Source: Saccharolobus solfataricus
GTDB taxonomy: Archaea > Thermoproteota > Thermoprotei_A > Sulfolobales > Sulfolobaceae
Assembly: GCF_900079115.1 (NCBI RefSeq)
Contig: NZ_LT549890.1
Location: 1,860,001-1,892,000 of the forward strand
Length of the DNA: 32,000 nt
Direction of reading: 5' to 3'
Every line of letters starts with the position of its first letter. Position 1 is the first letter of the stretch. Positions 16,052 through 23,228 of this stretch are shown in pieces. Both the position numbers and the translations under genes were made by a program. Below the pieces are notes generated by a model. It was not told where the DNA came from and made no database searches. It worked only from the letters and a program-made list of their open reading frames with translations.

Positions 16052-19000
16052 GTACTGATGATAATTCTAGAGAAGAATTCTTAAACTACAAAATTATGGC
16101 ATTACTTCATGATCCTCCAAATAAGGCGTGGGTGATAACAAGTCGTGCACATAATCTAACAGTGCAGTTAAGAAGCGTAAGAGCTAGGAAAAGTCATGAA
16201 AGAGTGGCTAAGTATATAATCAATCAATTATTCGGCGATATTAATTCTAAAACAGTTGATAATGCAGACAAATTAGCTAGTTCCATAGATAGATATCTAG
16301 GTAGTATCGTATATAAAGAATATAGCTTATTCAGAAATAGATCAATATTCTTAAAGAACATACTTCTATCAAATATTCAAAGGGATGTAGGCAATTTATT
16401 TCCTAAAGATAAATCTAAACTAGATAATTTAATATCAGAATATAAAAAGCTATTAAATGTTACAAATACAACTAATCTTAATATTTTGAAATATCAATTG
16501 TTTTATCTAATTTATGAACTAATATGGATAGATTCTAGATATGAAAATACTCCTGCAGAGACTAGAAACCCTACTCACACAATATTTGACCATTTATATG
16601 CAACTGCTGCAATGATGAACTGGATATTTAGTCTAGAGAAAGAAGCAAAAGGTTACTTACTAGGAATAGATACTATAGGAGTTGCGGACTTCATAAGCAA
16701 GGGAAAGAAGACTAGGGACTTATGGATTTCTAGTTATTTAGTGTCAGCCCTACTCTGGTACGTAATTACCTGGTTTATTGAGGAGTACGGCCCTGACGTT
16801 ATACTTTTCCCCTCGTTAAGGTTTAATCAATTTTATGCGTTTTACCTTTTAGAAAAATTAAGAAAAGAAAAAATATCAGAGGATGTTATAGATGAAATAA
16901 AGGAGTTAATAACTAAGTACATATTTAATGGTGACGATCTGTTTGAGAAATTGGAAATCCCGCCCTATCCGATAATACCTGGTAGGATTACGTTAATCTT
17001 ACCGGGGTTAATAAGGGAAGGTGAAGAATATACGCAAGTTCCAGACGATAATTACTTCATTTCTAAGGTAAAGGAGAGATATAATGAAGGTTGGCGTAAG
17101 CTAATTGAGGGATTAAAGTGTTATTCTGAACTAAAGAGGGAAGATGGTTTCTGGAATTTAGTATGTAGAGTGTTAAAACTGACGGAGGATTTACTTCAAA
17201 CTACTCCTTTAAACATTCGTGTGAAACAAGTGAGTGTAACTAAGGATGAGATATTTAACAATAGCAAATTACGCTCAGATTCGTGGAAGATTTACGACAA
17301 TAAATATCGTCAATTAGTTAGTGAGTTTAAGAAGAGTAAATTAGTGAAAGTTACTCCCGAGTCACGCTTAAAATTATTTGAATTAACTAAATTTGACAAG
17401 TTACCTCAAATTGGTGAGAAATCTAAAAGAGGTTACGAATTCTGTACTTCATGTGGTGTTTTGCCAGCGGTAATTATAATGCCCAAGGAAGACGAATTCG
17501 AGAAAAAATTAATTGAGCTCGGAATTGCGAGAGACGAGAAAGACGTAAGATCTATAAAGAATATGATTTCACCAGGTGAGAGGCTTTGCCCATGGTGTTT
17601 AGTGAAAAGGGCCTTAGGTGCTGAGCCCAGACTTATGAGAATTCTTTTGCTAGGAGATCTTTGCAGCGTTGAGAAGATTGTAAATGAAATCGTTAGTAAA
17701 GATGTTAAGATAGAAATTCCGTCAACTAGTGATATTGCATCGATTAAAACTTTTGAGGAAATGATTGAGAAGAAAAACGAAATCTGTGAAGATCTAAAGG
17801 AAGAGGAAGTTTGCGAGAAGCCTAATGAGAGTATGCTTTCTATGTGGCAGCGGTTTAATAAAAATTACTATACTGGGATAAATCTTACTATAGATCCTGA
17901 GGAGTATTGGTTTAGTGAAAAGAGGAGGAGATATTATTTCTCTCTCTTTAGAAGACATAGAATAACTTTTCCATCACCTTATTACGCTTTAGTTAGGGCT
18001 GATAGCGATTACTTAGGGGATTTGTTAGAAGGTAAGTTAACTCCTTATTTGGCTGGAATTATTGATTCTGGAGATTATGCTAATATTAGTGAGAAGAAAG
18101 AGGAAGTAAATAAATTATTAGAGGAATATTTAGTAAATGCCGGAAGTGGGCCAATAGTAGATTACGTTAAGACAGTATTAGAGTGTATAAGGGGAAATTT
18201 AAATAAGTGTTCATGTGCAGTGAAAATTTATTCTAACGAAGTTGCCGAAGTAATGTTTAGGGCAAATCGTCTGTTACGTAAAAAACTCGAAAAGATAGAC
18301 GTAGAGAGAGAAGTCGAAAACAGTCTTAAATATTTTAGAACTATTTTGAAAGAGGGAAGGATAATAGTTACTCCCGCTTGGCATGTATCGATTTCTTCAG
18401 CACTCAATAGGGGGCTTCTCGTAGAATTAGAATTGATTAATAAACATAAGGGATTTGTAATTTATGCGGGGGGAGATGATTTATTGGCAATGTTGCCAGT
18501 AGATGAAGTTTTAGATTTTGTTAAGGAGAGTAGGAGGGCATTTGCAGGAGTTAGTACTGGAAGATTAGGTAACATGTGCTTAGAGAATGGATTCGCTAGA
18601 ATCAATAATGCTTACTATCCTTCATTACCTATAGTAGGCAGATCGTATTCTGTAATTATAGCACATTATGCCGATCCTCTATTTTTCGTCATAAATGATT
18701 CTTATAATCTTTTAGAGGAGGGGAAGGAAATGATAAGATATAGAGTAATGTATAACGGAGAATATAAGGACGCTAAGAAGGATGTTGCAATATTTAGATA
18801 TCAAGGTTTAACATCAGTAATTCCATTATCGTTAAAGAGACCTATAGTTAACTCTGTGAGTGACTTTAATGAAATAGCCTCTATCATAGACTTAATATTA
18901 GAATTAAAGAAGAGGATCGATGAGGGTCATATTTCCGTGTCCTTACTTTATGATTATGAGGAGTATAAACACTTAATCGTAGCTAGTGATGAGAAGTATT

Positions 19001-19185
19001 TAACTGAATTCTTAGTAAAGGATTGGATAAAAAGAAATTCTCTTAGAAAACACGTTGAGTTTACTATAGACGAGAAGTTATACGGTGTTAGGTTAACTAT
19101 TGAAAATTATCCGATTAAAATTCCTAATGACCTAATTTCTAACATTGTTTATACTCTTAGAATAATTTACGGTGGCGAGAAGTGA
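16048..19185 (+). CDS. cmr2: Cmr2 / Cas10 large subunit
   Basis: The 1,045-aa product has the ALLHDPPNKAW N-terminal Cmr2 motif and NPTHTIFDHLYATAAMM. A Cys cluster reads CTSCG...CPWC. An intact GGDD cyclase motif (VIYAGGDDLLAMLP) is at nt 18469-18480. Confidence 0.9.
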   Translation: MSTDDNSREEFLNYKIMALLHDPPNKAWVITSRAHNLTVQLRSVRARKSHERVAKYIINQLFGDINSKTVDNADKLASSIDRYLGSIVYKEYSLFRNRSIFLKNILLSNIQRDVGNLFPKDKSKLDNLISEYKKLLNVTNTTNLNILKYQLFYLIYELIWIDSRYENTPAETRNPTHTIFDHLYATAAMMNWIFSLEKEAKGYLLGIDTIGVADFISKGKKTRDLWISSYLVSALLWYVITWFIEEYGPDVILFPSLRFNQFYAFYLLEKLRKEKISEDVIDEIKELITKYIFNGDDLFEKLEIPPYPIIPGRITLILPGLIREGEEYTQVPDDNYFISKVKERYNEGWRKLIEGLKCYSELKREDGFWNLVCRVLKLTEDLLQTTPLNIRVKQVSVTKDEIFNNSKLRSDSWKIYDNKYRQLVSEFKKSKLVKVTPESRLKLFELTKFDKLPQIGEKSKRGYEFCTSCGVLPAVIIMPKEDEFEKKLIELGIARDEKDVRSIKNMISPGERLCPWCLVKRALGAEPRLMRILLLGDLCSVEKIVNEIVSKDVKIEIPSTSDIASIKTFEEMIEKKNEICEDLKEEEVCEKPNESMLSMWQRFNKNYYTGINLTIDPEEYWFSEKRRRYYFSLFRRHRITFPSPYYALVRADSDYLGDLLEGKLTPYLAGIIDSGDYANISEKKEEVNKLLEEYLVNAGSGPIVDYVKTVLECIRGNLNKCSCAVKIYSNEVAEVMFRANRLLRKKLEKIDVEREVENSLKYFRTILKEGRIIVTPAWHVSISSALNRGLLVELELINKHKGFVIYAGGDDLLAMLPVDEVLDFVKESRRAFAGVSTGRLGNMCLENGFARINNAYYPSLPIVGRSYSVIIAHYADPLFFVINDSYNLLEEGKEMIRYRVMYNGEYKDAKKDVAIFRYQGLTSVIPLSLKRPIVNSVSDFNEIASIIDLILELKKRIDEGHISVSLLYDYEEYKHLIVASDEKYLTEFLVKDWIKRNSLRKHVEFTIDEKLYGVRLTIENYPIKIPNDLISNIVYTLRIIYGGEK

Positions 19186-20126
19186 TGAAGAGAGTGTTAA
19201 TAAAACCATTAGAACCGTTAATGTTTAGAAGTCAGGGGGAATTTGAGCCCTTAATTACCGGTTCCCACACTGCAGCACAGTCTTTAATAATACCAAGACC
19301 TTCTACAATTGCCGGAATGTTAGGTTATATATTATTTAACAAGAGTTCTGGGACTGGGGACTGGTTATCGGACTTAACGAATTTGCTAGATACTATATAT
19401 GGAACTTTCATAGAGACTAATGGAGAGTATTTATTTCCTCTCAGAATGGGCAATCATTTAGCTTTAGTAGACCAACAACATCTTATAAATCTACCTATTT
19501 TGCTAGAAAAAGAGTACGAACAACGGGAGAAGGGGATTTATGAACTTTTTTATGATAAAAATAAACTATTCCAGATCATAAATCATCAAGATAGGATAGG
19601 AATAAGTATAGATAAAAGTACCAGAACTGTTAAGGAACATTATCTTTACTCAGCTAGATATTTAGCATTTAAGAAGGAGGTTAATTACGTAATATTCATA
19701 GATAATGATGCGATAAGTGATAAGATAAATGGTAAAATAGTGAACTTTGGAGGAGAAAATAGAATAGCTAAGCTTGAAGTTGATGATTATAAAGTGGATA
19801 CAAGTATTGAAGAAGAGTATTACTTAACACTATCTCCTATCTTAATTCCCGATGAAGCTTTAGATGATTTACTTGATAACATAAGCGATTATGTTACAAT
19901 GGGTAAGGTGGATAAGATAAGCTTAGGATTCGATATTGCTAATACTAAAAGAAAAGAGATGCTAACGGCTATTTTAGAGGGTAGTATAGTCAAGAGAAGT
20001 ATTATTGATTTTATTAAAAAGGAGATTAACAACAATTTGCTAGATAGGTTTACTAAATATGAAAAAATAGGATATAACACTCTTATGAATCTTTGCAAGT
20101 TAGCGTTCAGAAAGATATTAAGCTAA
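19182..20126 (+). CDS. cmr3: Cmr3 (Cas5-like)
   Basis: The N-terminus VLIKPLEPLMFRSQGEFEP is typical of Cmr3. The gene overlaps the cmr2 stop and is last in the operon. Confidence 0.8.
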   Translation: MMKRVLIKPLEPLMFRSQGEFEPLITGSHTAAQSLIIPRPSTIAGMLGYILFNKSSGTGDWLSDLTNLLDTIYGTFIETNGEYLFPLRMGNHLALVDQQHLINLPILLEKEYEQREKGIYELFYDKNKLFQIINHQDRIGISIDKSTRTVKEHYLYSARYLAFKKEVNYVIFIDNDAISDKINGKIVNFGGENRIAKLEVDDYKVDTSIEEEYYLTLSPILIPDEALDDLLDNISDYVTMGKVDKISLGFDIANTKRKEMLTAILEGSIVKRSIIDFIKKEINNNLLDRFTKYEKIGYNTLMNLCKLAFRKILS

Positions 20127-20231
20127 TTAATGCTATTACATTCCTACGTTTGTCCCTACACTTTCATCTCACTCCTATCCTTAGAAAGCCTATATATGGA
20201 GTGAATTATCGAATATTGGGGATGTCCACAA

Positions 20232-20720
20232 TTAAGGGTCATTCAAGGTTTTCACAATTTTCTGAAAAACTTCTAATTTATAGACCGTATTTAAGTCTAT
20301 GTTTCTTATACGTTTAGGTAAGTCACTCTTTTCATATCTATCATGCGTTCTCAAATATTCTAACGGATTGTTCTCTTGTGGTGCTAAGAGTATTTCAATA
20401 TGAGGATTGAAAACAATGATACAAACTCTATTCATATCTACACCATTTCTTTTTAACATATCTTTTATCCTATTTTCCAGTATTTGGGAGTCTTCATTAT
20501 CGCTGTCCACAAAGATCATGATTTTGTCGTATCCTTTAAAAATGGAACTTTTTACAATTCTTACTGTCTTTGCAGAGATTATATTTCCTTTTCCGCCCAT
20601 AGAATGACAATCTAATTTGATTTCATTTTCTATCTTTTTGTTCTCTTCAAGTTTTCTGATTAATTCAGCGATTGCACTGCAACCGTATTTATCTTCTGTA
20701 ATTGCTAGAATTATTTTCAT
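20232..20720 (-). CDS. Small Toprim-like (DUF4276/RloB/OLD-C-terminal-like) protein
   Basis: The 162-aa product has an E...DxD...E pattern: ILAITEDKYG, then IMIFVDSDNED, then FNPHIEILL. It lies 10 nt downstream of the ATPase gene and is evidently co-transcribed with it. Confidence 0.55.
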   Translation of the reverse strand: MKIILAITEDKYGCSAIAELIRKLEENKKIENEIKLDCHSMGGKGNIISAKTVRIVKSSIFKGYDKIMIFVDSDNEDSQILENRIKDMLKRNGVDMNRVCIIVFNPHIEILLAPQENNPLEYLRTHDRYEKSDLPKRIRNIDLNTVYKLEVFQKIVKTLNDP

Positions 20721-20730
20721 TATTTTTCAC

Positions 20731-21822
20731 TTAGTATAATAACCATTCACTTAACAAGATACCGTTCTCAGTCAACTTTTCCTTCAATTTCTCTGGCTCT
20801 TGTACTTTATTAACTTTAGTCTCTCCTCTTTCTTTATCAAGAATTATTATTTCTGAAGGATCCATGAAGTCGATAATTAGTGGCGAATGTGTAGTTGCTA
20901 TGAACTGTGAGTCGGAATAGCGCATTATATCAACTAGTCTTTCAATGTACTTAAGGTGGAGGGAGTTCTCTATTTCGTCGATAATGATTGTCGACATTTT
21001 TAACAGATACACAGCTATAATGATTGTCAACATTTTTATAAAACCGTCAGGCACTGATGCGGGCAGTAAAATCAGCTCTTTGTTGTTTTCACTCTTTTCA
21101 ATGAAATGTAGTCTTATATTTCCGTCCTCAGTGAAAACCGGTCTTAGAGAGATGTTGTTTTCAACTAAGAAATCATAAACTTGTTTAGTCTCATTAATTC
21201 TAGACAAGTTATTGCTTATCACCTTAACTAACCCGCGACCGTTTTCGTCTAACGCTTCTGGGAATGTGAAATGGACTGGAGATACTGCTATTTGAGGAAC
21301 TATTCTAAACACTCCTACGTCATTTAGGAAATTCGTCATAAAATTCAAGAGTTCAGGTGGAAGGGTGAAATTGAGATTATATGCTATTATAAAAGGTTGT
21401 GCAAAAAATAAGTTAAATACACTTAAATTATCAGGAATTGTCATCTCTTTATTTTCATATCTTATTACGTTGCCTCTTCTTTCCATACTGTAAGAGTCAA
21501 AATTTATAATTTCCTTTTTTATCTGCAACTTATTTAGCGAAATCTCATAATGGTAATCTTTACCCTTATATTCACCATCGATCTCAAAGGAGATGTCCAA
21601 ATTCTCATCTTGCATAAATACAACGTTCTTGTAATCTCCCCATCGAATGAAAGGATAAGGCGGGTAAGATAGAGGTCTGATAAGTTGCTTTAGAAAACTA
21701 AAAGCGTCGACAAGATTAGTTTTACCAGAACCGTTAGGCCCTACAACGATACTTACTTTCTCAAACTCAAACTCGCTGTCACGGTAACTCTTGAAGTTCT
21801 TTATCTTTAATCTTTTTATCAC
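20731..21822 (-). CDS. ABC/SMC-RecF-like ATPase (AAA_15/AAA_21-type)
   Basis: The start is GTG. The N-terminus reads MIKRLKIKNFKSYRDSEFEFEKVSIVVGPNGSGKTNLVDAF, which includes Walker A. Walker B/D-loop is TIIIDEIENSLH and the H-loop is FIATTHSP. Confidence 0.8.
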   Translation of the reverse strand: MIKRLKIKNFKSYRDSEFEFEKVSIVVGPNGSGKTNLVDAFSFLKQLIRPLSYPPYPFIRWGDYKNVVFMQDENLDISFEIDGEYKGKDYHYEISLNKLQIKKEIINFDSYSMERRGNVIRYENKEMTIPDNLSVFNLFFAQPFIIAYNLNFTLPPELLNFMTNFLNDVGVFRIVPQIAVSPVHFTFPEALDENGRGLVKVISNNLSRINETKQVYDFLVENNISLRPVFTEDGNIRLHFIEKSENNKELILLPASVPDGFIKMLTIIIAVYLLKMSTIIIDEIENSLHLKYIERLVDIMRYSDSQFIATTHSPLIIDFMDPSEIIILDKERGETKVNKVQEPEKLKEKLTENGILLSEWLLY

Positions 21823-22010
21823 ATGATAAAATAAGAAATCTCGTTTAAAACTCTTGCTTTGTTGATGACTTTACGCTTTAATATTTTCTGGCATTAAGCT
21901 CTAGGGTTTGGGCTTCATAGGATTTCATAATATTTAATATCAATCCTCAGCCCTTGGACTTCACCAGAGTCACGGGGACATTGTCCCCTTCACACCCCTC
22001 CGCCCCTTTA

Positions 22011-23201
22011 CGGTAGACCCAAAATCGTATTATGAAAAATAATTCTGACAGAATAATATCGATTCATGATAGATAACAGGATTTATATGAGTATTAAGAA
22101 TTCAGTTGAAGAAAGGTTTAAGGTGAGGGAGATGTGGTATTACCACGTGAGTAAGTGAGATGGTAACACCGGTACTCCCTCACCAAACATTCAACAAATA
22201 GGATATAAATTACTTTCCATGTTGAACTTCCAAGGGGAAAAGGTAGAGAAGGTAGCGAAAACTCTCATCCCCGCGTGTTTGTGGAACAACTCTGTAGAGA
22301 ACAAGTCCAGAGCGTATGACGTATCCCCACAGACCGTGAGGAATTACGTAGAGAAACAAGGGATGGAAGTGATTGAAAAGCTATTGGAAAGAGCTAGGAA
22401 AATATCCTTGAAGGTACTGAAGGGAGTCAAGGAGATAGATCTTTCAATAGACTGGACAACCAAGACGTGGTATGGGAAACCAGTGAAAGGGAGCTCTGAA
22501 AAAGGAAACTCGTGGAACTACGCAACAACCAAGTATAAGGGGAAAGTACTTTTACTTGCCTTTATTCCGCAAGTGAACGGTATGACTAAGGACGAGATAG
22601 TGAAGGTTCTTGTGGAGCAAGTAATGGCAATGGGATTCAAGATAAGGTTGATAACTCTTGACGCTGGTTTCTACACAGTTGATGTGCTCAATTTCATTTC
22701 ACAGTTTAAGTATATAGTTGCTGTGCCTGTTGGGGATGTTAAGGTGTATGAGGAGTTTGACGGGGATTACAAGACTAATAGTAAGAGGCATAGGAGGGAT
22801 GAGCAGGTCAAGTTCAGGCTTCTCGTGTACAGCAAGGGAAAAGTGAGGAGAAAGAGTCTTGTTTATTTTGCTAGGGCTACTAACCTAGACCTATCCAAGA
22901 GGGAAGTGTTGGATTTATACAATAAGGTAAGAGGTCCCATAGAGACCTCTTATAGGAACATTAAGGCTTTTCTTCCATTTACTGGTTCTACTAAGTTTGT
23001 TTTCCGCACGTTGATCTTCGTGCTGGCCCTTGTACTCTATATACCATATTCAAGGGGGAGGTGGGGAGAGAGGAGTTTAGATTATTATTAATTCTTTTAT
23101 TTCCTGATTTATTCAATCCAGAGAATTTTACATTTAATCTAGTAGATACACTTATTTACACTATAGATTTATTTTTAAGGAGGTGATTTTGGGTCTACCG
23201 T
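22011..23201 (+). mobile_element. DDE-type insertion sequence, copy 2 (about 1.19 kb), uninterrupted
   Basis: It has the same 16-17-bp terminal inverted repeats as copy 1. It is flanked by a 4-bp direct repeat, TTTA, at 22007-22010 and 23201-23204. If the shared T at 23201 belongs to the duplication, the element is 22011-23200. Confidence 0.85.
22219..23091 (+). CDS. DDE transposase (IS4/IS5-superfamily-like) of IS copy 2
   Basis: The 290-aa product contains DWTTKTWYG, LDAGFYTVD and RGPIETSYRNIKAF. Compared with copy 1, the last ~25 codons are in a different frame (...LYIPYSRGRWGERSLDYY versus ...FYSLYTVFKGEVRREQFRILL...). This indicates a small indel near the 3' end, after the catalytic E. 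Confidence 0.8.
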   Translation: MLNFQGEKVEKVAKTLIPACLWNNSVENKSRAYDVSPQTVRNYVEKQGMEVIEKLLERARKISLKVLKGVKEIDLSIDWTTKTWYGKPVKGSSEKGNSWNYATTKYKGKVLLLAFIPQVNGMTKDEIVKVLVEQVMAMGFKIRLITLDAGFYTVDVLNFISQFKYIVAVPVGDVKVYEEFDGDYKTNSKRHRRDEQVKFRLLVYSKGKVRRKSLVYFARATNLDLSKREVLDLYNKVRGPIETSYRNIKAFLPFTGSTKFVFRTLIFVLALVLYIPYSRGRWGERSLDYY

Positions 23202-23228
23202 TTAGGGCGGGGAGGAAGTCATCTTCTA

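Noticed and set aside
15364-21178. Shadow ORFs in the cmr6, cmr3 and ATPase/Toprim genes (15364-15639, 19889-20098, 20407-20607, 20945-21178) and the 74-aa ORF at 20093-20317
   Set aside because: These are antisense or overlapping low-complexity products. The ORF at 20093-20317 overlaps both the cmr3 3' end and the Toprim-like gene 3' end and has no start context.
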